This document shows positions 9,404-18,818 of a stretch of 63,588 bases of DNA, piece after piece (within the stretch, counting starts at the first letter, position 1; every line of letters starts with the position of its first letter). The position numbers and the translations under genes are program-made. Source of the DNA: a virus. Its lineage: Duplodnaviria > Caudoviricetes. The notes beneath the pieces were generated by a model. The model saw only the letters and a list, made by a program, of their open reading frames with translations. It was not told where the DNA came from and made no database searches. The stretch covers positions 1 through 63,588 of IMG/VR virus record IMGVR_UViG_3300042311_000607; one strand, written 5' to 3'.

Positions 9404-9436
9404 AGCCCCGCGCTAACCCCGCGGGGCTTTTTCTTT
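9404..9436 (+). terminator. Intrinsic terminator (tR'-like) before the lysis genes
   Basis: AGCCCCGCG-7nt-CGCGGGGCT followed by TTTTCTTT. Confidence 0.8.
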
Positions 9437-9446
9437 GGAGCATCCC

Positions 9447-10136
9447 ATGAGCAAGAGCCAGCCCCGTGGCATCCGCAACAACAACCCGGGCAATATCGAT
9501 CGAACCAAGCCGAAACGCACGCCGTGGCAGGGTCAAGTTCCGGCCGACCAGCTGACCGACCCACGCTTCGAACAGTTCGAGCACGCGAAATGGGGCATCC
9601 GGGCAATCTGCCGTACGCTGATCACGTACCAGGACAAGCACGAGCTGGCCAGCGTGCGCGAGATCATTGACCGCTGGGCACCGCCGGTCGAGAACAACAC
9701 CGAAGCCTACATCCAGGCAGTGGCGCGGAAGATCGGCGTGGCGCCGGATGAGGCGATCAGCGTCCACGAGTACGACGTCATGCGCGAGCTGGTGGTGGCG
9801 ATCATCACCCACGAGAACGGCCAGCAGCCGTACAGCGGCGCAGTCATTGACGAAGGCCTGCGCCTGGCTGGTGTGGTGCCAGCGAAGGCGAAGCCCGCGA
9901 GCCGCGACCCGGTGAATGTTGGTGGCGCGGTCGCGCTGGCCGGCGCCGGCGCCGAGATGGCCAGCCGTGTCGCCGGGTCGAGTGAAGCGGCTGAAGTCGC
10001 CGAGCAATCGGACCTGTTGAGCGAAGCGCTGCCGCTGATGTCCATGATCGGCGGATGGGCGCTGACGCTCACAGTGGCCGCCGCCGTAGGCCTGCTAGCC
10101 TATCGCTGGTGGCAGCGCCGGCAGGGCGTTGAGTGA
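9447..10136 (+). CDS. Putative endolysin (lysozyme-like RGIRNNNPGNI family) with C-terminal hydrophobic segments
   Basis: PRGIRNNNPGNI, IIDRWAPPVENNT, HENG motifs; first late gene; GGAG SD. Confidence 0.75.
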   Translation: MSKSQPRGIRNNNPGNIDRTKPKRTPWQGQVPADQLTDPRFEQFEHAKWGIRAICRTLITYQDKHELASVREIIDRWAPPVENNTEAYIQAVARKIGVAPDEAISVHEYDVMRELVVAIITHENGQQPYSGAVIDEGLRLAGVVPAKAKPASRDPVNVGGAVALAGAGAEMASRVAGSSEAAEVAEQSDLLSEALPLMSMIGGWALTLTVAAAVGLLAYRWWQRRQGVE

Positions 10137-10176
10137 TGGGGCGGGGTGAGGCAAGGGGCGCCAAGGAGAGATCGGC

Positions 10177-10500
10177 ATGGAAGTGACCGCGTTCATCTCA
10201 TTGACATCAGGGCTCGTCGCGATCATCGGCACCATCGTCGGATGGGTGCTGGTCCTGCAGCGACGACTGCACGAGCTCGACAAGCGCGTGCAGCGACAGG
10301 AAGACACCAGCGTCAAGACTCCGGAGCTGGTGACCGCAATGCGCGAACTGCGCGACTACCTTGACAAACGGTTCAAGGAGATCGAGCAGGATCTGGAGCC
10401 GATCAAGCGACAGTTGGCGGTGCTTGCTGATCGGGAAGGGCTCACGGATGTTGGCTACGAGGGGCCGAACACACGAGCAAAGGCGAGATCGAATGGATGA
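10177..10500 (+). CDS. Putative holin/antiholin-like membrane protein
   Basis: N-terminal TM plus coiled coil; follows the endolysin. Confidence 0.5.
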   Translation: MEVTAFISLTSGLVAIIGTIVGWVLVLQRRLHELDKRVQRQEDTSVKTPELVTAMRELRDYLDKRFKEIEQDLEPIKRQLAVLADREGLTDVGYEGPNTRAKARSNG

Positions 10501-10777
10501 TCGCGAGGACAGCCTACTGTTGCGCGCCCTGCGCGGCGGGAACAACACCACGACCGTCAACGTCAACGCCGGCGGCGTAGGCGTCTGGCTGTGCTTGACT
10601 GCATTGCTCGTGGTCTGCGTGGTGTCTGTCGTGACCGCCAGTGAACGCGCCAAAGATGTGGCTCGCCAGGACAAAGAAATCAGCGATCTACGCGACGATG
10701 TGCAGACCTTGAATGACTATCTCAGCGCCATCTACATGCAGGCCCCACACCTCAAGCCAAAGGAACCAGAGCAATGA
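10493..10777 (+). CDS. Single-TM membrane protein of the lysis cassette
   Basis: VGVWLCLTALLVVCVVSVV TM plus coiled coil. Confidence 0.6.
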   Translation: MDDREDSLLLRALRGGNNTTTVNVNAGGVGVWLCLTALLVVCVVSVVTASERAKDVARQDKEISDLRDDVQTLNDYLSAIYMQAPHLKPKEPEQ

Positions 10778-10923
10778 GCCGTCCCACTATCATCATCATC
10801 ACGCCGCCGCCCGAACAGCTGGCAGCGGTCATCTCTGCCATTGTGGCGGCGCTGAGCGATCAGCCGGCGCCTGCTGCAGCAGAAGTCGGAAACACCAACA
10901 ACAGCGACGGGAGCGAGACATGA
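10774..10923 (+). CDS. Small hypothetical protein (49 aa, MSRPTIIIITPPPEQ...)
   Basis: ATGA overlaps at both ends fill the gap exactly. Confidence 0.55.
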   Translation: MSRPTIIIITPPPEQLAAVISAIVAALSDQPAPAAAEVGNTNNSDGSET

Positions 10924-11708
10924 AGCGGATCGGAGTGGTGGGTGTGATGCTGGTGGCGGTACTGGCGCTGGCAGGGTGTGCGACGACGAAGCTCAACGAA
11001 AACCACAAGGCGTCCACGGATGCGTTCGTGCACCAGCAGACGCAGGTGTCAACGGCCATGCAGAAGCTGGCGGACGCGACCGCGTGCGGAACCGATGCGC
11101 GGTGCGTGGAGAACACCAAGGCCTTCGCGGCGATGACGATGCTGGGCATGGGGGTCAGTGGTGGCGGCTCGGCCGTGCCGGTGCACGTACAGCAGGAGCA
11201 CCCGGCGTGGCGGTTGCTCGACATCTTCGGGATGGGCCTGCGCGATGGAATCCGCGAATACGGCGCTACCACGCGGTCTGAGCACATGCGTGATCTGTCG
11301 ATCGAGCAGGAGCGAGGGCGAACGGCGACCGGGTTGGCGTCGTTCGGGCTGGCGGCAGCCGCGGTCGAGTCTGGCGGACGGCTGGGCGAGGCGTACGCAG
11401 GCGCGCTGCCTGGGCTGGCGCCGACGCAGACCTACACGTCGGGTGGACCGATGTCGCTCGGATCCATGAACATCGGCGACCAGGCCGGACACGACAACGT
11501 GCGCGACGGCTCGCAGGTTGGCCACAGCGGGCCGATCAACACGGGCACCGTCAACACCGGTGGCGTGATCGGAGCCGGACAGATTGGCAACGGCCGGCAG
11601 AACGCGCCAGGGCCGTGGACAGGGAACAACGATGGGGCCGGCTGCGTTGGGCCTGGGTGTCAGCGCGTGCCGCTGCCGGAGTTGGAAGACGAAGAGGAAG
11701 GCGAGTGA
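10920..11708 (+). CDS. Lipoprotein of unknown function
   Basis: Signal peptide II MKRIGVVGVMLVAVLALAG-C; GGGAG SD. Confidence 0.8.
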   Translation: MKRIGVVGVMLVAVLALAGCATTKLNENHKASTDAFVHQQTQVSTAMQKLADATACGTDARCVENTKAFAAMTMLGMGVSGGGSAVPVHVQQEHPAWRLLDIFGMGLRDGIREYGATTRSEHMRDLSIEQERGRTATGLASFGLAAAAVESGGRLGEAYAGALPGLAPTQTYTSGGPMSLGSMNIGDQAGHDNVRDGSQVGHSGPINTGTVNTGGVIGAGQIGNGRQNAPGPWTGNNDGAGCVGPGCQRVPLPELEDEEEGE

Positions 11709-12145
11709 GCATCGAAGACGAGATCCAGGCCAAGAGCCTGACTGCATCGCGGGTGACGCCGGCTGATGTTGAGGCCGAGATCGTGGGCGAGCACTACTTC
11801 TCAGCTTTTCACGGCGTGCATGGGTGCTCTGGGCTGGGAGCCGCCCTTGCTCTCCCGAAGTGGCACGCGATGGACGATGTGACGTTCTGCGTCCTCGTGC
11901 TGCGCAATGGGTGCAAGGTGATCGGGATCAACTACGGCCCGGTCGATCGAACCAACTTCGATAAAGAACACGGCCGACGCGATGCACGCGCAGACGCCAT
12001 TCGGCAGGTCTGGCCGCTGGTCGGGTTCCGGCTGCGAGATCAGCTTGCAATCGGCGTGCTGACTGAGGCGGATGCTGCTGCTGATCTGGCAGGCACGCCA
12101 CGGCCGGATTGGTCTTCATTCTCGTCGCCGGAAACACCAGCATGA
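11705..12145 (+). CDS. Phage Gp49/Sf6-gp66 family protein
   Basis: RVTPADVEAEI...TFCVLVLRNG..V.G....VDRTNFDKEHGR..AR..A..QVWPL.GFRLR. Confidence 0.85.
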   Translation: MSIEDEIQAKSLTASRVTPADVEAEIVGEHYFSAFHGVHGCSGLGAALALPKWHAMDDVTFCVLVLRNGCKVIGINYGPVDRTNFDKEHGRRDARADAIRQVWPLVGFRLRDQLAIGVLTEADAAADLAGTPRPDWSSFSSPETPA

Positions 12146-12495
12146 TCACCCGCGCACTGATCACGTACGCGCTGCTAGCCGGGTCGGTCGCAGCCAATGG
12201 ATGGTTCGCGATCGACAAGCTGGGCGAGAGTGGGCGGCACAAGGCAGCGTGCGAACTGGCTGCGGCCAAGGCACAGGCCGAGGCTTACGGCGCGCGCGCG
12301 GGCATGCTGGAGTGGCTGGTGCAGCAGGGTGCGCGGGACACGGAGGCGACCTTCGCGCGGCTGGATGCGGTAGCCGAAAGAGCGCAGGAGCGGGTGACGC
12401 GCTGGCGTGACCGGCCGTTGCCCGTGCCGACGTGCGGGCCTGGGCAGGATCGGCTCGACGCTACCAACGAGATGCTGGGGCATGGCCATGAGTAG
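12142..12495 (+). CDS. Putative i-spanin (Rz-like)
   Basis: N-terminal TM, helical periplasmic part, C-terminal Cys; precedes a lipoprotein. Confidence 0.65.
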   Translation: MITRALITYALLAGSVAANGWFAIDKLGESGRHKAACELAAAKAQAEAYGARAGMLEWLVQQGARDTEATFARLDAVAERAQERVTRWRDRPLPVPTCGPGQDRLDATNEMLGHGHE

Positions 12496-12820
12496 GCTGA
12501 TCGTGGGGCTGTTGGCGATGCTGCTGGCCGGGTGCGAGACGATCCAGACGGTGGTCGAAGACAAGCCGCCGACGCCGATCGTGTGCGAGGACGCGTGCAA
12601 GAAGCCTTGCGATGACGCTGCCGCGGTGGCGAAGTGGACATGCAGCAACCCTGATGCCGGCGAGTGCTGGGACCAGCAACAGGAGCAGGTCACCAACCCC
12701 CTGATTGAGCTGGCGGAGCGCTGCGAGGTGAAGCGGCAGGCGTGCTTTGCGTGCATTGAGCGCGCAGAAACTGCGGGCGCGACATGCGGGACCGTGATGG
12801 ACTGCAAAGCCAAGGAGTAG
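12488..12820 (+). CDS. Putative o-spanin (Rz1-like lipoprotein), Cys-rich
   Basis: Lipobox LLAG-C; overlaps the i-spanin end. Confidence 0.65.
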   Translation: MSRLIVGLLAMLLAGCETIQTVVEDKPPTPIVCEDACKKPCDDAAAVAKWTCSNPDAGECWDQQQEQVTNPLIELAERCEVKRQACFACIERAETAGATCGTVMDCKAKE

Positions 12821-12823
12821 ACC

Positions 12824-13435
12824 GTGGCACGAGGTGGGCGACCCAATCCGCATCAGAAGCTGCGCAACAGCAGTCGGCTCCAAAACGGGCTGAATCTGAA
12901 GCAAGCCGCGTTCGCCGCCGCCTATGCGGCCAATGGCGGGCAGGGCAAGGCTGCGGCGATCGCGGCCGGGTATGTGGAGAGCAACGCCGAGTCGCGGGCG
13001 TCGAAGCTGCTGACGGAGCCTGCGGTCCAGGCTGAGATCAAGCGGATTACGATGGCGGGCGCGGCACGCGCTGAGGTGACGGTCGAGCGGATCATGGACG
13101 AGCTGGCACTGGGCGGCTTCGCCGACATCACGGACTTCGTGGAGTGGGACAAGAAGGGCGTTCGGCTCAAGGATTCGGCGAAGCTGGACAAGGCCAAGCG
13201 GCGCGGGATCGTGGAAGTCAGTGAAGGCGCGCACGGGATCAGGATCAAGCTCATGAGCAAGGTCAACGCGCTGGAGCTGATGGGCAAGCAGATCGGGATG
13301 TTCAAGCAGCAGCTGGAGGTGGCCGGGGCTGGTGAGGGGCCGGTCGGATTCATCGTGGTGCCGGCAAAGGTGGCGCCGAACGACATCCCGCAGGAAGTGA
13401 AGGCGCATGTCGAAGTCGATGACGGAGACGACTAA
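12824..13435 (+). CDS. terS: Terminase small subunit
   Basis: KQAAFAAAY...AAIAAGY...ASKLLTEPAVQAEI; K..ALELMGKQIGMF. Confidence 0.9.
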   Translation: MARGGRPNPHQKLRNSSRLQNGLNLKQAAFAAAYAANGGQGKAAAIAAGYVESNAESRASKLLTEPAVQAEIKRITMAGAARAEVTVERIMDELALGGFADITDFVEWDKKGVRLKDSAKLDKAKRRGIVEVSEGAHGIRIKLMSKVNALELMGKQIGMFKQQLEVAGAGEGPVGFIVVPAKVAPNDIPQEVKAHVEVDDGDD

Positions 13436-14870
13436 ACCAGCGGCACCACCCATCATCTGGCAGCCGCTGCCAAAGCAAGCCGAATTCCTGGCGTGCTCAG
13501 ACTTCGAGGTGCTGTACGGCGGCGCGGCTGGCGGCGGCAAGTCAGACGCGCTGCTGATCGATGCATTGGGCATCCCGTACGGCGGCCCGCAAAACCCAAA
13601 GTGGCGCGCCATCATCTTCCGGCGCACGTCGCCCGAACTGGCCGACCTGATCGACCGCAGCCATGAGCTGTACCCGGCAGCGATGCCCGGGGCGAAGTAC
13701 AACGAGCAAAAGAGCTGTTGGACGCTGCCAGGCGGCGGCAAGGTGTTTCTGAGCCACCTTCAGCACGACACCGACCGGTACAAGCACCGCGGCCGCGCAT
13801 ACAACTGGGTCGGCTTCGATGAGCTGACGCTCTGGTCGACTGATCTTTGCTGGGAATACCTGATCACGCGCATTCGTACCACCGACCCGCGGCTGCCGCA
13901 GGTGATCAGGGGCACCACCAACCCGGACGGGCCCGGTCAGAAGTGGGTCATGGAGCGCTTCGGCATCGACGAACAGGGCGGGCCGACCCGACAGACCCGC
14001 ACAATTAATCGCGAGTTCTGGGACGAGGCGGCCGGGGAGTACGTCGAGCGGCCGGCGGTCACCGCAATCACCTTCATTCCAGCCAAGCTGGTCGACAACA
14101 AACACCTGCGCGGTACGGGCTACCGCGAGAACCTGCTCGACCGACCGCCTGAGGTGCGCGAGGCGCTGCTGCTGGGCCTGTGGCGCGGCAACGCGGTCAA
14201 GGGCGCCTACTACGCCAACCAGATGGCGAAGGTGCGCCAGGAGGACCGAATCACGCGCGTGCCTTGGCTGGTGGACGTGCCGGTGAACACCTTCTGGGAT
14301 CTGGGCATGAACGATGCGACATCAATCTGGTTTCATCAGTTCGCCGCCCTGGCGCATCGGTTCCCGCTGGCATACGAGAACAGCGGAGAGACGCTGCAGC
14401 ACTACGTGAACTTCCTGCAGGCAGTGGCCAAAGAGCACGGCATCGTCTACGGCACGCACTATCTGCCACACGACGCAGACAACCGAAGCCTACACACAGG
14501 CAAGACGGCAAAGATGGTGCTTCAAGAGGCACTGCCTGGGCATCGGTTCGAGGTGCTTCCACGGACGCCAAGTGTGACCCTAGGCATCCAGCAAACACGA
14601 GTGGCGTTCCCGCATGTGTGGATGGATCGCCAGGGCTGCGCTGACGGCATCGCAGCGCTCGATGCCTACCGCAAGAAGTGGAACCAACGCACCGAATCGT
14701 GGACCGACGAGCCCGAGCACGACCGTTTCTCCAACTATGCAGATGCGTTCAGGCAGTTCGGTGAGGGATACTTCCCCCGCCATCGGCATCGGGCGACGGT
14801 CACCAACGAAGCACGCGAGGGCCGCCCACGGCGCCGCGCCACCAAAAAAGGCAGCTGGAAATCCGCATGA
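13407..14870 (+). CDS. terL: Terminase large subunit
   Basis: YGGAAGGGKS Walker A, GFDELT Walker B, TTNPDG, WDLG..D and ADAFR nuclease motifs (start could be 13419). Confidence 0.93.
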   Translation: MSKSMTETTKPAAPPIIWQPLPKQAEFLACSDFEVLYGGAAGGGKSDALLIDALGIPYGGPQNPKWRAIIFRRTSPELADLIDRSHELYPAAMPGAKYNEQKSCWTLPGGGKVFLSHLQHDTDRYKHRGRAYNWVGFDELTLWSTDLCWEYLITRIRTTDPRLPQVIRGTTNPDGPGQKWVMERFGIDEQGGPTRQTRTINREFWDEAAGEYVERPAVTAITFIPAKLVDNKHLRGTGYRENLLDRPPEVREALLLGLWRGNAVKGAYYANQMAKVRQEDRITRVPWLVDVPVNTFWDLGMNDATSIWFHQFAALAHRFPLAYENSGETLQHYVNFLQAVAKEHGIVYGTHYLPHDADNRSLHTGKTAKMVLQEALPGHRFEVLPRTPSVTLGIQQTRVAFPHVWMDRQGCADGIAALDAYRKKWNQRTESWTDEPEHDRFSNYADAFRQFGEGYFPRHRHRATVTNEAREGRPRRRATKKGSWKSA

Positions 14871-15382
14871 GCACGATCTTCGTTCCAGGTTCACACCTCG
14901 CCAGCGCGTCCGCCGCGGCCGCCCGACCTGGGCAAGAGGCGCAGGCGGTGCTCGACGCCGAGGTGATGCCCACACTGGCCGCGTTGAAGCTGGACCTCAG
15001 CCAAGCCAAGGCGATCGGGAGCAAGGGCGATCTGCTGCTGTTCCGGGCCTACAAGGATTTCGGCATGGGTGCGCGGCCGGCCATGCTGCTGGCCCGCCGA
15101 CGCGACCCAGCCACCTCGCACGTATGGTTCCCGCTTGAATCGCTGTGGATCATCCGCGAGGGCGATCAGGCAGTGTCTGCAGCGATGAAAATCGCCAACC
15201 AGATCTACGGATTCGCCACCAAGGACGATGCGCACCGCGTGCTGGACTGCCTGTTCGAGTTCGCGGAAGACCTAGTGCGTACCCCGCCCGACCCGCGCAT
15301 GACGGCGCGCCAGTGGCTGGATGCGTGCGAGGAAGATGGCCTGACCGTGACGCACAGCTATGGGCCTGATGCCAATGGATAA
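14867..15382 (+). CDS. Hypothetical protein
   Basis: ATGA overlap; lies between terL and portal. Confidence 0.7.
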   Translation: MSTIFVPGSHLASASAAAARPGQEAQAVLDAEVMPTLAALKLDLSQAKAIGSKGDLLLFRAYKDFGMGARPAMLLARRRDPATSHVWFPLESLWIIREGDQAVSAAMKIANQIYGFATKDDAHRVLDCLFEFAEDLVRTPPDPRMTARQWLDACEEDGLTVTHSYGPDANG

Positions 15383-17552
15383 CGTCCGCACCGACTCAGC
15401 GTTTGACCCAGACAGCCGGTACAACCCGAAAAGCGGTGTGCGGGTCGAATCGCTGGCCGGTGAGGCCACGCCCTCGCGCAAAGCCGAGGAAGAGGCCCGC
15501 GATATCCTGCGGCTGGTCACGGACTACTGGAGCGAGGGCCGCGACATGCACGCGGACAACCGCCGCGAGCAGTTCATCGACAGCGATTTCTACGACGGCG
15601 ACCAGTTCGACCCGGAAACACGCGCTGAGCTCGAAGAACGCAACCAGGCGCCTCTGGTCTACAACATCGTGCACCCGACGATCCAGTGGGTGGTGGGCAC
15701 CGAGCGCCGGACCAGGATCGATTGGAAGGTGCTTCCCCGCGGCAGCGAGGACGTGGAAGCCGCCGGCGCCAAGACCAGCCTGCTGAAGTACGTGAGCGAT
15801 GCCAACTCGGCCGGCTGGAAGCGCAGCGCGGCGTTCAAGGACAGCGTGCGCGTGGGCGTGGGCTGGACTGAAGAGTTCCTGCGCACGGATGCGCTGGAGG
15901 AAGAGGTGGGCATCCGGCATCAGCGCTGGCAGGAAATGTGGTGGGACCCGTTCTCACGCGACCCGGACATGCGCGATTGCCGGTGGATCGACCGGAACAA
16001 GTACCTCGACCTCGACTACGCGATCGCCATGTGGCCGCAGCACGCGGATGCGCTCCGCGCGGCGGCTGTGCAGTTCGCGGAGGCCGAAGAAGACAAGGTA
16101 GACGAGTGGGATCTGCCGGGCATCTTCATGACGGCCGACCGCCGCGATGACCCGCGGCGCCGCTTCCTAGGCGTGACTGGCAACAGCAACCGCTGGCGGA
16201 CGCGGGTGCGCGTGCATGAGACGTGGTTCAAGCGGCCGAAGGTGCAGCGCCGCGTGCGCGCGCTGATTGAGGACTTCTCGGACCTCAACGGCGCCGCCTT
16301 CGACCCGGCCGAGCCGCTGCCCGACGAGATCCAGCGTGCCAAGGACCGTGGTGTGATCAGCCTGGTCGACTCGCTGACGGACACCATGTGGTGCGCGTTC
16401 TGGATTCCGGGCGTGCTGCTGCAGTCGCGGCCCAGCACGTACAGGCACAACCAGTTCCCGTTCACGCCGATCTGGTGCTACCGCCGCGAGCGCGACGGCA
16501 TGCCGTATGGCCTGATCCGCATGGTCCGCGACCCGCAAGAGGACTACAACAAGCGCCGCGGCAAGGCGCTGTTTGCGATGTCGACGCATCAAGTGCTGTA
16601 CGAGGACAGCGCATTCCACGAGGACGATGAGGACGAGATGCTGGAGCAGGCCACCATGCCCAATGGGCAGGTGCGGCTGGCTTCTGGCGGCCTCGCGAAG
16701 ATCGAAATCAAGACCATGGCTGATGTGGCCAAGGGCCATCTGGAGCTGGCGGAGCAGAGCAAGACCCAGATTCTGGAGACGTCGGGCGTCACGCGGGACA
16801 ACCTGGGGCAGGAGAGCGGCGCCACCAGCGGCCGGGCCATCCTGGCAAAGCAGCAGCAGGGCGCGGTGGTGACCGCTGAGGTGTTCGACAACTACCGCCT
16901 CGCGATCCAGCTGTCTGGACAGAAAGTGGTCAGCATCATGGAGCAGTTTGTGTCCATGCCGAAGCAGATCCGCATCCTTGGGCCCACCGGTGGCGCCGAG
17001 TTCCTGATGCTCAACGAGCCCGTGTTCGACGCGGAGACGGGGCAGGTGTGGTTCCGCAACGACGTCACCCGCGGCATCGCGGATTTCGTGGTCGACCAGC
17101 AGGACTACCGAGAAACGCAGCGCATGGCGATGGCTGAGCAGCTGTTCGAGATGATCGGCCGCCTGCCGCCGGAGATGGCCATCATGCTGATGGACCTGCC
17201 GATCGAGCTGAGCGACATCCCCAACAAGGCCGAGTTCATCCGCCGCATTCGGGCCATGAATGGCACCGATGCGCCGCCCGAAGATCCGAACGCAGCGGCC
17301 GAGCGGACAGCGCAGCAGCAGGCCGCGCAGCAGGCGCAGCAAGCGCAGGATGCGCTGCTGGCAGCCAAGACGGACAAGGAGCGCGCTGCGGCCGAGAATC
17401 TACGGGCGCAGGCCGCCCAGAAGCGTGTTGAGGGCCGTGGCAAGGCTCTCGACTTGGCAGGACTGGCAGCCGCGGCCGTGCCGCTGGTGCCCGCAGCGGA
17501 TAGGCTCTATGAGCCGCCGCAGATTCAACCGCAACCCACCTTCCAGCAGTGA
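15375..17552 (+). CDS. Portal protein, P22-like
   Basis: DFYDGDQF..., VYNIVHPTI.WVVG.E, FPFTP, PYGLIRMVRDPQ, SGRAI..KQQQG; Q/A-rich C-terminal barrel. Confidence 0.88.
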   Translation: MDNVRTDSAFDPDSRYNPKSGVRVESLAGEATPSRKAEEEARDILRLVTDYWSEGRDMHADNRREQFIDSDFYDGDQFDPETRAELEERNQAPLVYNIVHPTIQWVVGTERRTRIDWKVLPRGSEDVEAAGAKTSLLKYVSDANSAGWKRSAAFKDSVRVGVGWTEEFLRTDALEEEVGIRHQRWQEMWWDPFSRDPDMRDCRWIDRNKYLDLDYAIAMWPQHADALRAAAVQFAEAEEDKVDEWDLPGIFMTADRRDDPRRRFLGVTGNSNRWRTRVRVHETWFKRPKVQRRVRALIEDFSDLNGAAFDPAEPLPDEIQRAKDRGVISLVDSLTDTMWCAFWIPGVLLQSRPSTYRHNQFPFTPIWCYRRERDGMPYGLIRMVRDPQEDYNKRRGKALFAMSTHQVLYEDSAFHEDDEDEMLEQATMPNGQVRLASGGLAKIEIKTMADVAKGHLELAEQSKTQILETSGVTRDNLGQESGATSGRAILAKQQQGAVVTAEVFDNYRLAIQLSGQKVVSIMEQFVSMPKQIRILGPTGGAEFLMLNEPVFDAETGQVWFRNDVTRGIADFVVDQQDYRETQRMAMAEQLFEMIGRLPPEMAIMLMDLPIELSDIPNKAEFIRRIRAMNGTDAPPEDPNAAAERTAQQQAAQQAQQAQDALLAAKTDKERAAAENLRAQAAQKRVEGRGKALDLAGLAAAAVPLVPAADRLYEPPQIQPQPTFQQ

Positions 17553-17558
17553 GGCCGT

Positions 17559-18503
17559 ATGAGCACCGAACCCGAGAATGACACCAGCCGCGATGACCGA
17601 CTGGACCACGACGACTTGAGCGACGCCGAGCGCGCCGCAATCGAGGGCGATGATGACCAAGGCAACGCGACGCCAGCGCAGGCAGCAGCGCCTGCCGCGG
17701 CCAAGGCGGAGGACGTGCCCCCAGCAGCTGCTGCGGCGGTGGTCGACCGCGATGACAGCGTAAGCGAGCTGCGCGAGGCAGCGCACGCGCTGACGGAAGC
17801 AGCGCAGGCCTTGCGCACGCAGGCCCAGCCAGCAGCAGCAGAGCCCGCACAGCCCGCACAGCCCGAAGCCAAGCCCCGCGACTTCGCGGCCGAACTGGAA
17901 GCGCTGAAAGAGCGCTACGAAGGCGGCGGTTTGGAGCTAGCGGAGTATATGGAGCAGCGCGACGATATCCGCGAGGCCAAGATCGTGCAGCGGTTCGAGC
18001 AGGACCGCGCCGCACGCGAGCAGGAGCAGGCGCAACAGTCGCAGGCCCAGGCTCAGGCTGCGTTCGCGGGCGCCTACACCGAGTTCTTCTCGGGCGCCGA
18101 GGCTGCAATCAACGAGCGGCTGGCATCGCCTGCGCTCAAGCCCGGATTCGACGCGATCACGATCGATCTGGTACGGCAGGGGCGGACCTACACCGATGCG
18201 CTGGCGCAGGCGCGCGAGCAGGTGTTCCAGCAGATCGGCGTGGCGCTGCCATCAGCCGCGAACAAAGCCGAAGCCATCGCCAAGGCAACAGCGGCGCGCG
18301 CGCCCGAAGGCCGGCCCAGCCCGACGCTGGCCGACATGCCGGCCGCTGCGGCGCTGTCGACGGGCAAAACGGCCGAGCTCGACAACCTGCCGGTGGAAGA
18401 GCTGGAGCACCGCATTGCGCGGATGAACGACAAGGAGCTGGAGGAATACCTCGCCGATGCCGAAGGCGGACTCCGCGACCACCCGCGTGCTGGCCGGAAC
18501 TGA
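17559..18503 (+). CDS. Capsid scaffolding protein
   Basis: Acidic, Ala-rich helical protein between portal and capsid. Confidence 0.7.
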   Translation: MSTEPENDTSRDDRLDHDDLSDAERAAIEGDDDQGNATPAQAAAPAAAKAEDVPPAAAAAVVDRDDSVSELREAAHALTEAAQALRTQAQPAAAEPAQPAQPEAKPRDFAAELEALKERYEGGGLELAEYMEQRDDIREAKIVQRFEQDRAAREQEQAQQSQAQAQAAFAGAYTEFFSGAEAAINERLASPALKPGFDAITIDLVRQGRTYTDALAQAREQVFQQIGVALPSAANKAEAIAKATAARAPEGRPSPTLADMPAAAALSTGKTAELDNLPVEELEHRIARMNDKELEEYLADAEGGLRDHPRAGRN

Positions 18504-18513
18504 GTAGACCGAC

Positions 18514-18759
18514 ATGGCGATGTATCAGGATCTTCGGCCGGGTGACTCCATCCAGATCGGCGCGGCAGTCATCACCGTGGAGGCAAAGTCGGGCGCCCGC
18601 GCGCGCCTGAAGATCGACAGCCCCGACGATGTTCGGGTCATTCGAGCCGAAGATGCTGGCGCAGAGATCGCCAAGCCTGCAGCGCCATCTGCCCCCAAGC
18701 AGATGGCGACTGCGGCAAAACCCACACAGCTGGCTGTACCCGCGCTCAATTTCGGGTAA
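18514..18759 (+). CDS. CsrA-like small protein
   Basis: LRPGDSIQIGAAVITVEAKSGARARLKIDSPDDVRV parallels the CsrA strand pattern (GESI.IG...ITV....G..VR.GI.AP..V.V). Confidence 0.6.
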   Translation: MAMYQDLRPGDSIQIGAAVITVEAKSGARARLKIDSPDDVRVIRAEDAGAEIAKPAAPSAPKQMATAAKPTQLAVPALNFG

Positions 18760-18771
18760 GCTGGTGCCACT

Positions 18772-18818
18772 CCGTGCGCATGAGCGCGCGGTGCCAATCA
18801 ATCTGGCGCATGAGTGCC
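18772..18818 (+). promoter_or_regulatory. Two tandem RNA hairpins with AUGA loops in the capsid leader
   Basis: CCGTGCGC-ATGA-GCGCGCGG (18772-18791) and GGCGC-ATGA-GTGCC (18805-18818). Confidence 0.6.
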
